Source: Octopus bimaculoides (lineage: Eukaryota). From it: a stretch of 45,207 bases of DNA. Made by a program: the position numbers and the translations under genes. The DNA is taken from positions 7,722,831 through 7,768,037 of the forward strand of contig NC_069004.1 in assembly GCF_001194135.2 (NCBI RefSeq). Direction: 5' to 3'. The notes beneath the pieces are model-generated. The model did no database searches. It saw nothing but the letters and a program-made list of their open reading frames with translations, and had not been told where the DNA came from. Each line of letters opens with the position of its first letter. Position 1 is the stretch's first letter. Below are positions 25,880-38,702 of this stretch, in pieces.

Positions 25880-26078
25880 TTTATTCTTTACTTGCTTCAG
25901 TCATTAGACTGCGGCCATGCTGTAGCAGCTCCTTGGAAGCTGTAGTCGATTAAGCTAAATTTTTTTAAAGCTCGGGGCACATTCTAACGATAATTTCGCC
26001 TAAACGCTGGGTTCTGAGGAAGTAAGGAAGCAAATACCAGTTGCTTAACTGTGAAGCACAAACAACAAACACAGAGAC
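25880..26078 (-). mobile_element. SINE family C 3' half, diverged
   Basis: TTACTTGCTTCAGTCATTAGACTGCGGCCATGCTG tail. Confidence 0.7.
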
Positions 26079-26095
26079 GTACAAATGTATGTATA

Positions 26096-26301
26096 CGAGA
26101 GGGTGCTGGCTTTGGGTAAAAAAAAATACAAGATGGTCAGTTAATTATGATTTTATTCAACACATACCCCTCTCACATTCACACACTGATTGCAGCAGTC
26201 CTTAAGTTTTTCTAAAACCAGTAAAAGAACTCGGAAATTTGGGCCTTCACCAAGACCTTTCGCCATACCCTTAAGGCCAGGTACTTTTCAGCTCACCCAC
26301 G
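26096..26301 (-). mobile_element. 206-bp mariner-derived non-autonomous element (MITE)
   Basis: TA at 26094-26095 and 26302-26303. Ends CGAGAGGGTGCTG and CAGCTCACCCACG are imperfect inverted repeats. Internal minus-strand LEKLKDCCNQCVNVRGVCVE* resembles a mariner transposase C-terminus. Confidence 0.75.
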
Positions 26302-26331
26302 TACATAAAATATATACGCAAACGCACATGC

Positions 26332-26363
<32 letters not shown>

Positions 26364-27024
26364 NNNNNNNNNNNNNNNNNNNNNNNNNNNNNNNNNNNNN
26401 NNNNNNNNNNNNNNNNNNNNNNNNNNNNNNNNNNNNNNNNNNNNNNNNNNNNNNNNNNNNNNNNNNNNNNNNNNNNNNNNNNNNNNNNNNNNNNNNNNNN
26501 NNNNTACTACATACGTGGGGAATTCTGTCTGTGGATGTGTTTATGGACTTGTTAGCTAACTCCTCCTACATCGTTTTATCGATTTTGTCTAAAACTTGAC
26601 ACAGCCACGCTTACTTTTAAGCTAAGCTGAACTGACTTACTTTTCGTTTCTATTTTTTTCTTTTTCTTGCCTTTTTTTTTTTTTTGTCTTCATATATAGC
26701 CGAGCTAAACGTTATCACTAAGTTAAAAACGAATTACCAGAAAGAGGAGACTTCGATGCTGGAAACAACGGTATTAAGAATATCTCTATTGTAAGACCAG
26801 AAAACATCTTTTTGCCAGAAAATAATAGGTTTGATGAAACTAATTATTAGATGCGGTGGGAGATGTATTAAAAAATATCTGTGTGGAAGATTACCTGCTG
26901 TAAGTGAAAAGAGATTGGTGACAGTTGTCTTGGTATACCACAGAAACTATGAATATTGACAGAAGATAAGCTATGTATAAATTTACCTTCTAAAAATTGG
27001 GAAATATTTTGGTGCATGCATAGG

Positions 27025-27198
27025 GATTAAGTCGATTACATCGACCCCATTGCGTAACCGGTATTTAATTTTTCGACCTCAAATGGATGAAAGGCAAAGT
27101 CGACCTCGGCGGAATTTGAACTCAGAACGTAAAGACAGACGAAACACTGCGAAGCATTTCGCCCGGCGTGCTAACGTTTCTGCCAGCTCTCCACCTTT
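27025..27198 (-). mobile_element. SINE family A, well-preserved copy
   Basis: GGATGAAAGGCAAAGTCGACCTCGGCGGAATTTGAACTCAG...CATTTCGCCCGGCGTGCTAACGTTTCTGCCAGCTC. Confidence 0.9.
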
Positions 27199-27702
27199 CA
27201 GTAAACATATATTTGGAAACACTTTACATATTTATTGTAACAAATGTAAGGTTAAGCAGATTATTTGGACGTTTGCCAAAACGAACCTAATTAAAAGGCT
27301 GCGAATTTGTCCGTATATAAATAGTCTAATTATTTTTTTCTTAAAAAATGTGGAAAACAAACGAAAACAATAAACATGAGATGTAGTTATAATAAGAATA
27401 TCGAGAAACAGGCATTGTCGTTTGGTTGAAGAAATTTCTTTCGCAACCCAGTGGTATAACGATCGATTTCGTTTCATGGCACTTCTATCATAGCCAATAT
27501 TTTACGCATTTTACCTAGTTGCCATGTCATAAACGTCTTGTACCATATAAGAGTGTGTGAGTGTATGTGTGTGTGTTTGTGTGTGTATGTGGTTGTGAGT
27601 GTATGTATATATAGATATGCAAACACACTCACGCACACACATACACGAGTGTGGTGCCGAGACGTTCGTGGCTTTCGGTCAAAGAAAATACACCGGCAAA
27701 AG

Positions 27703-27788
27703 AGACCGACAGAATAAGTACTTGGCTTACAAAGAATAAGTCCTGGGATCGATTTGCTCGACTAAAAGGCAGTGCTCCAGCATGGCCG
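27703..27788 (+). mobile_element. SINE family C 3' part, running into a gap
   Basis: GGCAAAAGAGACCGACAGAATAAGTAC...GATTTGCTCGACTAAAAGGCAGTGCTCCAGCATGGCCG. Confidence 0.85.
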
Positions 27789-28937
27789 NNNNNNNNNNNN
27801 NNNNNNNNNNNNNNNNNNNNNNNNNNNNNNNNNNNNNNNNNNNNNNNNNNNNNNNNNNNNNNNNNNNNNNNNNNNNNNNNNNNNNNNNNNNNNNNNNNNN
27901 NNNNNNNNNNNNNNNNNNNNNNNNNNNNNNNNNNNNNNNNNNNNNNNNNNNNNNNNNNNNNNNNNNNNNNNNNNNNNNNNNNNNNNNNNNNNNNNNNNNN
28001 NNNNNNNNNNNNNNNNNNNNNNNNNNNNNNNNNNNNNNNNNNNNNNNNNNNNNNNNNNNNNNNNNNNNNNNNNNNNNNNNNNNNNNNNNNNNNNNNNNNN
28101 NNNNNNNNNNNNNNNNNNNNNNNNNNNNNNNNNNNNNNNNNNNNNNNNNNNNNNNNNNNNNNNNNNNNNNNNNNNNNNNNNNNNNNNNNNNNNNNNNNNN
28201 NNNNNNNNNNNNNNNNNNNNNNNNNNNNNNNNNNNNNNNNNNNNNNNNNNNNNNNNNNNNNNNNNNNNNNNNNNNNNNNNNNNNNNNNNNNNNNNNNNNN
28301 NNNNNNNNNNNNNNNNNNNNNNNNNNNNNNNNNNNNNNNNNNNNNNNNNNNNNNNNNNNNNNNNNNNNNNNNNNNNNNNNNNNNNNNNNNNNNNNNNNNN
28401 NNNNNNNNNNNNNNNNNNNNNNNNNNNNNNNNNNNNNNNNNNNNNNNNNNNNNNNNNNNNNNNNNNNNNNNNNNNNNNNNNNNNNNNNNNNNNNNNNNNN
28501 NNNNNNNNNNNNNNNNNNNNNNNNNNNNNNNNNNNNNNNNNNNNNNNNNNNNNNNNNNNNNNNNNNNNNNNNNNNNNNNNNNNNNNNNNNNNNNNNNNNN
28601 NNNNNNNNNNNNNNNNNNNNNNNNNNNNNNNNNNNNNNNNNNNNNNNNNNNNNNNNNNNNNNNNNNNNNNNNNNNNNNNNNNNNNNNNNNNNNNNNNNNN
28701 NNNNNNNNNNNNNNNNNNNNNNGCATATATTTAGATAGGTAGATATGTTCTTTTTTTGTATTTATTTATAAGTGAGAAGTTCAATGCCAAAGGGCGAGAA
28801 TTGTTTATAGTTACGACGGTTGGCTGCTGACATCCAATCATTCGAATTTCACGTTCCAGTGCATCAGACTGGTTACTTCTCATCTATCGTAATCACATCC
28901 ACGCATACACACATGCACATACACAAGTACACATAGC

Positions 28938-29011
28938 TACATAAGTACAAGCACATACACACACATACATAAATACTTATGTATGTGTGTGTATGTGCTT
29001 GTACTTATGTA
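28938..29011. repeat. Perfect 35-bp inverted repeat with a 4-nt loop
   Basis: 28938-28972 is the exact reverse complement of 28977-29011; the loop is ATAC. Confidence 0.95.
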
Positions 29012-29034
29012 TTTATGTATGTATGTCTCAATTC

Positions 29035-29102
<68 letters not shown>

Positions 29103-30110
29103 TATTAGACAAATAGATAACAAAGTCAAGTCTGTGAGGAGTTTTCATGATATTTATAAGGAAAGAGATGTAGATATAGATATAGTCTTACAGATGCTTC
29201 TGGGATATTATGGATATTCCTCAGAGACGATGTGAGATGGTTAAATAGAGGTGAATGTTTGATTTCAAAATAAGGAATTCTTGTGGAAGAGGAGAAGAAA
29301 TGAAATATAGAGAATGAAAGTAGGAATAATATATAATACATTGTAACTGCAGTTCCATTATTCGAGTAAAGAGATGTTTAGAAGTGATAAAAAAAGTGTG
29401 TTGTACATGGTATGTAAGTTCCAATAGTAGTTCATATTTAGTCATTTGCTCATTCGAAGGGATTTTTTTGTGGTCTGAATATATATATATATATGTATAT
29501 GAACGTATACGCAGTTGTGTGCGTGGGACCATCAACGGAGAGAGATTAAGAATATGCGCACCTAAATTTGTAAGCACATATGTGATGGAAGACGTGAAAA
29601 CATCTCCCCATCAGCTTCGCCTCTAAGGACTGTCGTGATTTAGACACCTTCTTACAGGACCGCTAACACTAGGAGCGGCAACAAGAACCAACAGATTTGG
29701 TCACCAGTTATTTATAATGAGTTAACGACTCAGTGAAGTTACTAAAACTATAGTTAAACCACTGAAAACAGAAAGGTCGTAAAATTATGTGATAGGCATT
29801 ACTATCTTGGAGGAAAAAAATCGATAAAACTATTAATGTTTTACTACAGAAATAAATCCAAAGAAAATAACACATGACTATAGTTTACAATTACGAAGCT
29901 GGAACTGGAAAAAAAGTGTTTACACTAAGTCCTTCAGTAAATGAGACGAAGAATGGAGAGGTGAGATAATATATATGTAATATACCGTAGAAATTACTTA
30001 ATAACTATAAAGGAATCAGAATGGATGATGATTAACTACATGGAGCTCTCTACATAACAGTAACAGTTTTACATCTATTTGTGCACACAACTTCTACTAT
30101 ACCTGTATAA

Positions 30111-30161
<51 letters not shown>

Positions 30162-30243
30162 TGTGTGTACGTGTGCGTCTGTGTATGTATGCCTGTGTGC
30201 ATGCGTGTGTGTGTGTATGTCAACGTGCGTCTGTGTGTGTGTC

Positions 30244-30295
<52 letters not shown>

Positions 30296-31202
30296 AGTGA
30301 GTGTGTACGTTTGTGTGCGCGTGCGATAATTGCCATTATATGATAATTATGAAACCTAATCCAGAGGATGAGATAATTTTAATAAATCAAGAATTTATGT
30401 TGTATGGCTTATATTTGTCTATTTTGTTCATATACCTGCTACTGGCAACTCTGAATTATTTCTCTTAGCTCATTTTGTTTGTGAATGCGTATGTTCGTGT
30501 TTGTGCGCGAGCGCGTGTCTAATGTAAGCTTAGCTGTATGAAAAGACATTTCTATGTATTACTGTGCGTATGTATGCGTATACAGAGAATAACAGGTTGG
30601 GAGAGAAGGATTGAGGTCAACCGAGACTTGTATTAAGGTGAAATTCTTCACAAAATTTCTTCATTAAATCAACAATGTTTCCTATGAATTTTTCACGATT
30701 GAAAATCGAAATCCATAAAATTTGACGGGTTTCTAATTATCTTTCAGAATACGACCAAAATGTATCTCATTTACCATTCTCCCAGGAATTATTAAATCCA
30801 GGTTTGAAATTGATTGCTTCTCTATATTCTTTAAAGTGACAACTTCACCTAGCAACCGTTTTCAATATATATATATATATATTTCCAATATTTCTAAATA
30901 TATCCACATAAAACATGCACAATATTTGATCGACCTCATAAGTTCACTATAGCAGCGTTTTTCTTATATAATTTATGGAAATAGGTTCTTATTAATAACT
31001 GATTTCCACTTGATTCGGCTTCAATTCTTCAATTTGAAAGAATGGATCGTATGTCTAAATATAATAACGTGGTTATATCGGCTCCTGGTGTCGTGTTTGT
31101 TGGTGTTGTAGTAGCTGTTGTGGCGTTAAGATAGCAAATCATAGATAACTAACCACATTCATTATGAAAGGCGTTCAAATATCCCGATCCCTCATTTGCA
31201 TT

Positions 31203-31375
31203 GCGCAGTCATGGCTGAGTGGTCAAGCAGCTTGCTTCTTTAACGTGTGGCTTCCGGTTCAATACTACAGCGCGGCGGCATCTTGAGCGAGTCTCATTTT
31301 CCTAAAGCCACGGTCCAACGTATGCCTTGTGAATTAATTTAGTAGAAGCATAAATGTGAGGCAAAACGTCGGCGC
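31203..31375 (+). mobile_element. SINE family C 5' half, diverged
   Basis: TGGCTGAGTGGTCAAGCAGCTTGCTTC, CCGGTTCAATAC B-box-like, GCCTTGTGAATTAATTTAGTAG. Confidence 0.65.
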
Positions 31376-31684
31376 ATATATATATNNNNNNNNNNNNNNN
31401 NNNNNNNNNNNNNNNNNNNNNNNNNNNNNNNNNNNNNNNNNNNNNNNNNNNNNNNNNNNNNNNNNNNNNNNNNNNNNNNNNNNNNNNNNNNNNNNNNNNN
31501 NNNNNNNNNNNNNNNNNNNNNNNNNNNNNNNNNNNNNNNNNNNNNNNNNNNNNNNNNNNNNNNNNNNNNNNNNNNNNNNNNNNNNNNNNNNNNNNNNNNN
31601 NNNNNNNNNNNNNNNNNNNNNNNNNNNNNNNNNNNNNNNNNNNNNNNNNNNNNNNNNNNNNNNNNNNNNNNNNNNNNNNNNNNN

Positions 31685-31731
<47 letters not shown>

Positions 31732-31804
31732 TTGTTCGTGTGTGTGTGTGTGTGTTTGTGTGTGCGTGTGTTGATTTGTGTATTTATGAGAAATAGACAA
31801 CGGA

Positions 31805-31856
<52 letters not shown>

Positions 31857-32384
31857 AGGAAACAGAGGAAGAGAATGAGAGAGAAAGAAAGAGGAACAGA
31901 GAACGAGAGAGAAAGTGAGTGTGTGTATATTACACATGAACAGAAATTTCTAGAAAGAATATATAAATACATGAATAAATACATAAATAATAATACAAAG
32001 AGAAGAAAAAAACATGAGCCAAAACAAAAACAAAAAAAGAAATACATGCAAACAATAAAAAACAAAGAATAAACCTTGGGTCAATAGCTAGTGACTTTCA
32101 AATCATACGATAGCCAATATTTTTCGGAAACTAAGAATTTATTTCCCAGAAAATTATGGAATTTCCGTCATAGGTACAAAATCTGATCTTTATGAAAGAG
32201 CAAGCTTACTGGTATTATTGTTAAAACTCTTTTATGATTCACAGATGTCGCCAAGTTAATCATTTTTAATGCGGTATGTGCATAAAATTGTAGTTTTTTT
32301 CTTTTTTACAAATATATATTTCCTTTATTTTTTATTATTGTTTTGCTTTTATTTGGTTTTATCATGTACTTTTTTTTATCTTTC

Positions 32385-33003
32385 GACTGACTTGTTTCAA
32401 TCATTGGACTGCGGCCATGTTGGAATTCACCTTTCAAGAGTTTTAATCGAACAAAATGACTTTCGTATTTATTTATTTATTTATTTATTTATATATTTAT
32501 CTATTTATTTATTTTCTTAGTTCTGGAACTGATTGTGTTGGTCTTTTAGCTGAACCCCTAGGTTATGGGGCGTAAATAAACCAACAGCGGTTGTCAAACG
32601 ATGGTGGGACACGAACAAAGGCATACATTCGTATGCATACATACATATATATACGTTGATACAGAGAGAGAGAGAGAGAGATACATACATACATACATAC
32701 ATAAATACCTGCATGCACGAATACATACATAATATATACATATATACGTATGTACATACATATATATGTACATACATACATATATACGTACATATATATG
32801 TACATGCATGCATGCATGCAGACATACATACATAAATATATACATAGACACGATGGGCTTCCACAGTTTCCGTCTATCATATTCACTCCCATATTTACTG
32901 GGTTGACTACAGTAGAAGCCAACTCATCCACGGTGCCGCGCAGGGGCACCGAACCCAAAATAATATGGCTCTAAATCGGACTTCTTAAACACCCAACCAT
33001 ATT
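32385..33003 (-). mobile_element. SINE family C expanded by internal microsatellites
   Basis: Tail ACTTGTTTCAATCATTGGACTGCGGCCATG, body GCGGTTGTCAAACGATGGTGGG, internal array of about 230 nt, CGATGGGCTTCCACAGTTTCCGTCTA and a head remnant. Confidence 0.8.
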
Positions 33004-33170
33004 CAAAACACATTTCTTAGCTGGCAACACATGTGTTTGCCAGAAACATCTATTATATTTCCTTCCATAGAGAAGCGAAGTATTATGTTAATTTGTGTAT
33101 AACCCACATCAGTTTCACCATCTGTCACAAGCCGTTAGTTTAATATAAATAAGTATTCTTCTTGTTGCAG

Positions 33171-33233
33171 TTTAGGCAGAAACTGACCAGGACCACGCAG
33201 ATCAAGCAGACGGACGATTCCAGGATTCTAGAT
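33171..33233 (+). CDS. Candidate 63-nt exon (unverified)
   Basis: Acceptor TTCTTCTTGTTGCAG and donor GAT|GTGGGT. Phase 0-0 reading FRQKLTRTTQIKQTDDSRILD; locally GC-richer than its flanks. Confidence 0.25.
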
Positions 33234-33702
33234 GTGGGTTATCACGACGTTTTTAATATTGATCAAAGACATTCAATACATAGAGATCTCATCCATAGTA
33301 TCTATTAGAGACTCTACTATCGATTATGCTATACTTTAAAGTGATTTATTAACGAGGTTTCTACTTCACATATTCATTGGGTAATAACCATTCTTGTCGT
33401 CAGCTCCATTATTGATGTTGTCGCCATATTTGTTGTTGGTATTGTTGTTACTGTCGACGTGGTAGTTGTTCTCGATCCCAAATGAGCTTCGGCTGAGATC
33501 TTTCGTACATATTTTTTTCTTTTTTCTTTTTTTTTTCTTTTTCGTTTTTTTCCTTCCATCATGTTATTAATGGAAATCATAGTAGTAATATTTTTTTACG
33601 ATAAAATCAGCGACGGTCCTCACATGCCCATAAACTTCTAGTGATATTAATCATATTCAAGGTGCCTAGTACTTTTAATTTCTGATGAATATATTCAGCC
33701 AG

Positions 33703-33739
<37 letters not shown>

Positions 33740-33746
33740 TCCACCG

Positions 33747-33796
<50 letters not shown>

Positions 33797-34036
33797 GCAT
33801 TTGCTCCATTGACTGACAAATAAAATCAGTTTTGTCTTTTCCTATGAATGATTCATAGGAAGACCGTTACTGCTTCTGTTGTAGAGGTTTGCTTAGAAAA
33901 ACAGAAGTCGTTTCACGATTTAGATTAGTTTTGTATAGAAATCTCTACAGAGATTTTGCCCATATTTACTTCTAGCAAGACGCCAATATATTATTGTCAT
34001 TAGACTCACTAGATACGATATTATATATACAATATA

Positions 34037-34068
<32 letters not shown>

Positions 34069-34659
34069 AATAATATAAATAATATATAAATATATGCATA
34101 TATCCATACATATATGTATATACTTACATATATATGAATATATATATGCATATATGGGTACAGGACATCAAAAAACGTTGAACACAATGAGAAACGAAAA
34201 CATAAAAAGTAAAACATAGAAAACGAACTTTTTTCGAACAACTATATATATNNNNNNNNNNNNNNNNNNNNNNNNNNNNNNNNNNNNNNNNNNNNNNNNN
34301 NNNNNNNNNNNNNNNNNNNNNNNNNNNNNNNNNNNNNNNNNNNNNNNNNNNNNNNNNNNNNNNNNNNNNNNNNNNNNNNNNNNNNNNNNNNNNNNNNNNN
34401 NNNNNNNNNNNNNNNNNNNNNNNNNNNNNNNNNNNNNNNNNNNNNNNNNNNNNNNNNNNNNNNNNNNNNNNNNNNNNNNNNNNNNNNNNNNNNNNNNNNN
34501 NNNNNNNNNNNNNNNNNNNNNNNNNNNNNNNNNNNNNNNNNNNNNNNNNNNNNNNNNNNNNNNNNNNNNNNNNNNNNNNNNNNNNNNNNNNNNNNNNNNN
34601 NNNNNNNNNNNNNNNNNNNNNNNNNNNNNNNNNNNNNNNNNNNNNNNNNNNNNNNNNNN

Positions 34660-34768
<109 letters not shown>

Positions 34769-35363
34769 TTGACATATAATACAATGATATAAATATTTAT
34801 ATAAAATAGCGTAATTATATATATATATATAAACGTTGTTGGAGTAAAAAGGCAGAGAAGTAGTACCTAATCTGAATATAAATGAGCAAAACCTGACAGG
34901 TCAAAAGAAGCAGCGAAGCGCCGAGGGAACTTCAAAGGGATCAGAAAGTTCGGTTTAAATAAACTACGTGTGTATGCCAACATATGTGAACGTCTGCGTG
35001 CGTGTGTGTTTGTGTGTGCGGGTGTATATTACACTAATGTAAAAACATGGAGATGTACTGTTTATAAATAAGTATCTATAAACGGTGCATCTCAGAGCAA
35101 ATGCAGATATAAACAATCTTTCTCGTTAGTTTGACTAGAACGCTTAAGTTAACGGAAGGAAGACAAGAGCTGCTAAGTGTAATTCCTAACACCTCCGTCT
35201 GAGTTGCAGAAGAGGCGTGGTCGTAGTCCGGAGGCGGGTTCCCATTGTTTTCCCATCCATAGGATTTTATCCTAATGCTTAAACTAGCTACTGCTTGTAG
35301 CTGCACTTCCTTCGAGTTGTGTCTTTAATATACGCTTCCTTACGTAATATATAAGAATATGTA

Positions 35364-35665
35364 GGTGAAGACGCGTGGCTTCGTGGTAAGGGCATTTGTC
35401 TCACGATCGTAAGGTCGTGAGTTCAATTCTCGGCGACGCGTTGTGCCCTTGAGCAAGACATTTCATTTCACGTTGCTCCAGTCCACTCAGCTGGCAAAAA
35501 TGAGCTGTACCTGTATTTCGAAGGGCCGGTCTTGTCACGCTATGCATCACGCTGAATCTCCCTGAGAACTACATTAAAGGTACACGTGTCTGTGGAGTGC
35601 TCAGTAAACTGTTCCGTTGATCGTATCAGTTGGGACCCTCCTCGTCGTAACCGACGGAGTGCTCC
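35364..35665 (+). mobile_element. SINE family D, full length
   Basis: A-box-like TGGCTTCGTGGT, B-box-like GAGTTCAATTC, body CCTTGAGCAAGACATTTCATTTCACGTTGCTCCAGTCCACTCAGCTGG. Confidence 0.85.
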
Positions 35666-35754
35666 TTTTTGTTTTATAAGAACATACATATGTATGTACA
35701 TAGATATATTTATGTACATATGTACGTACATAGATATATATGTATGTACATAGA

Positions 35755-36154
35755 TATGGCTGTGTGGTAGGAAGTTGGCGTCCCAACAATATCGGTTTGG
35801 GTTCAGTCCCACTGCGTGACACGTTGGGTATGTATTTTCTACTATAACCACGGCCCGACCAAAGCCTTGTGCGTGGATTTGGTAAATGCAAACTGAAAGA
35901 AAACCGTTGTGTATATGTGTGTGTTGTGTTGTGTGTGTGAGTGTGTGTCGTGTTGTGTGTGTGTATGTGTGTGTGCGTGTCTTTGTGCTTTTCTTTGTCA
36001 ATCCACTACCGCTTGACAACTGGTGTTTGTGTGTTTACATTCCTGTAACTTAGCGATTCGGCAAAGAGACCGATATACTAACTACCAGGCTTAAAAACAT
36101 GTAATGGGATTGATTCATTCGACTCAAGCTTCTTCAAGGAAGTGCTCCAGCATG
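35755..36154 (+). mobile_element. SINE family C, near full length
   Basis: TGGCTGTGTGGTAGGAAG head, GGGTTCAGTCCC B-box, internal (TG)-rich spacer, ACCGCTTGACAAC body, GTGCTCCAGCATG. Confidence 0.9.
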
Positions 36155-36839
36155 ACACATAGTGTGTGTATTTCACCTCTTTTTATTCCTATTTTAAATC
36201 AACGAAATAGCTAACTAATTAGCTATAACGAATTACTTTATAAATAGGTCTTTTGATCAATAAATCGATTTATGATAGTTCTTTCGTCACAGTCTGCGAC
36301 CTTATCGATGGCGTACTATCAGCGACACCATTTTTCTCTAAACAAAAATCATGAAATAAGATTTGTATTTCCCCGTGGTATTTGGAAAGTTTGGATTATG
36401 TACATACGTGTCTGCGCGTCTACGCACGCGCGTTGTTGTTGTTTTTGTTGTTGATCTGTTGCTGTCACTGCATGGATGTAAGTAGATGCCAATGTGGATT
36501 CATGTTCTGTTTATCCGCCATGTTTATTGTTTGCTACGCCATGGTTCGTGGTTGTATACCCACTCAATTTTTCACAGCAATGTAATTGCTATTTGTGTAA
36601 AGAAATCCATTCACGCACATATGTAAGCACACCTACGCGTATATACACAAATACACATATTCGTATAGCAACACACACATATATGTACATACCTTCTATA
36701 CACACCAAAAGGGAAAGTTATAGACGTCACTAAAGTGAAAGAGGGTATTAAGTAGCACCGGTATTGCTAGAAATAAGAGTCAAACCACTTCCCTAGACAT
36801 AACTTTGATGCAGAGCATCTTAATACTCATTGGTGGCCA

Positions 36840-36983
36840 TTTTCACGATCGTTCGATAAATTGAAACTAGCCGAAAGTGTTTGTACAAGAATGCTATTAG
36901 GGTGTCTACCTTTCACCTGCTGCCTCTTTGTCTTCCTCTCCCTCTCCCTCTATCTATCTATCTATCATCTATGTCTTTCTCTC

Positions 36984-37016
<33 letters not shown>

Positions 37017-37879
37017 NNNNNNNNNNNNNNNNNNNNNNNNNNNNNNNNNNNNNNNNNNNNNNNNNNNNNNNNNNNNNNNNNNNNNNNNNNNNNNNNNNNN
37101 NNNNNNNNNNNNNNNNNNNNNNNNNNNATATATATATATATATATATATAGTTGTATGTATATAAACATGTGTGTCTGCATTCGTGCATGTCTTCGTGTT
37201 TGTTGATCTGTACCACTGACAATCAGTTGTTGGTTTGTTTACGTGTCCCTAATGTGGCGGACCGACTATAGGCGTCCGATAGAAAAATCACCATAATTAA
37301 AATATAAGTACTAGGTTCAATTTTCTCAACGAAATCATTCAAGACGGTGCCCCAGCTTGGCCAAAGTTCAATGACTGAGGCAAGTATCCACTAGTTTTCT
37401 TTAACTTTGCTCTAAATGCTTAACTAGCAACCAAAGTTATTTTTAACTCCCTCTGAAAATAGCATTTGTTTCCCCCCAGCTGGGTCATCTGAGTATTAGG
37501 ACTTGATGTTAAAAGAGCCAGAACATTCAGAAAGATCTCCCTGAAAATTCATCGCAGAGCATCTGTGAGGACAGTCATGGAGCCAATAATTTTGTATCTG
37601 TTTTCTCTGTGTCATGAAGACATAAAAGAACAAGAGTATCTGCTCTTCTGTTAAAAGAAATCAATAGGACACATTAGATAATATAATCCTAGATAAACGC
37701 TGGCCGGCCTGAATGGTCAAGTGACAGGCAGGAATTGAAAAAAATTGTTACGAAGCTCAACTAGTTTTGGCTTCAGGCTAAATATCGAAAAGAGGAATAA
37801 CAAAGAAAACGTTTTCACGATCGTTCGATAAATTGAAAATAGCCGAAAATGTTTGTACAAGAATGCTATTAGGGTGTCT
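36840..37879 (+). repeat. 68-bp direct repeat pair (36840-36907 and 37812-37879)
   Basis: 66 of 68 positions identical; offset 972 bp. Confidence 0.95.
37195..37385 (+). mobile_element. SINE family C 3' half, diverged
   Basis: GACAATCAGTTGTTGGTTTGTTTACGT...GGTGCCCCAGCTTGGCC...AATGACTGAGGCAAGTA. Confidence 0.65.
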
Positions 37880-38194
37880 TAAGATGACAGCTATAGTGAG
37901 TTTGAAATCGTAATTCAGTATGCCTGCAAGAAAAAGGTAGAATGGCACGGTTTGAAGTTATAAAATCAAAGGTCTTCTTGCTCAGAGTGGATCTACGATA
38001 GATAACAAAAGCAAGAACCACAAAAGCAACAATAACAGGAAATTAAGAACCTTTGTTTTGTCACTCAACCTGAATGATAGCTGCGTAAACTTACATTAAA
38101 TAACACTTAATTGCTTTCGAAAAGAGAGCACATTGGAAAATGCAGTCGTAGGTAACCTTACCCGTTGAACAGGTTACAAAATGACATTTATCTT

Positions 38195-38424
38195 TTTTTT
38201 TCTTGTTTCAATCCATAGACTGTGGCCATACTAGGGCACCACTTTGAAGAATTTTTTGCGGAATGAATCGGCCCCAGTATTTTTATTTTGTTTCAAGATT
38301 GTTACATATTCTATCGGTCTCTTGCCGAACTGCTAAGTACCAACAACGGTTGTCAAGCGGTGATGGGGGACAAACAAAGACAGAAGGACACACATACGCA
38401 TACATGCACGTTCACGCACGCACG

Positions 38425-38510
<86 letters not shown>

Positions 38511-38702
38511 TACGCAAGCGCACATGTATATTTATATATGAATATATACGATGGGCTTCTTTCAGTTTCCATTTGCCAAATCCGCTCACAAAGCTTTGTT
38601 CGGCCCGAAGCTATATTACAACAAGTTTGCCCAAGGTGCCTCAGTGGGACTGAAACCGGTACTATGTGGTTGGGAAGCAAACTTTTTACCACACAGCCAC
38701 AC
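38195..38702 (-). mobile_element. SINE family C, full length with a long internal (CA)n
   Basis: Head GGTTGGGAAGCAAACTTTTTACCACACAGCCAC on the plus strand, body CGGTTGTCAAGCGGTGATGGGGGACAAAC, (CA)n at about 38430-38505. Confidence 0.9.

Noticed and set aside
26515-26620. Helitron/HINE-like motifs (CTGTCTGT, CTAACTCCTCCTA, CGATTTTGTCTAAAACTT)
   Set aside because: Short, resemblance from memory only, and no terminal hairpin or CTRR end identified.
29140-29480. Possible LINE RT remnant (VDIDIVLQMLLGYYG)
   Set aside because: Only one vague motif with no collinear support.
33374-33700. Thr-rich mucin-like ORF and a QKLKVLGT Dong-like motif
   Set aside because: The Thr run is a degenerate (AAC)n repeat, and the eight-residue motif is too short to call.
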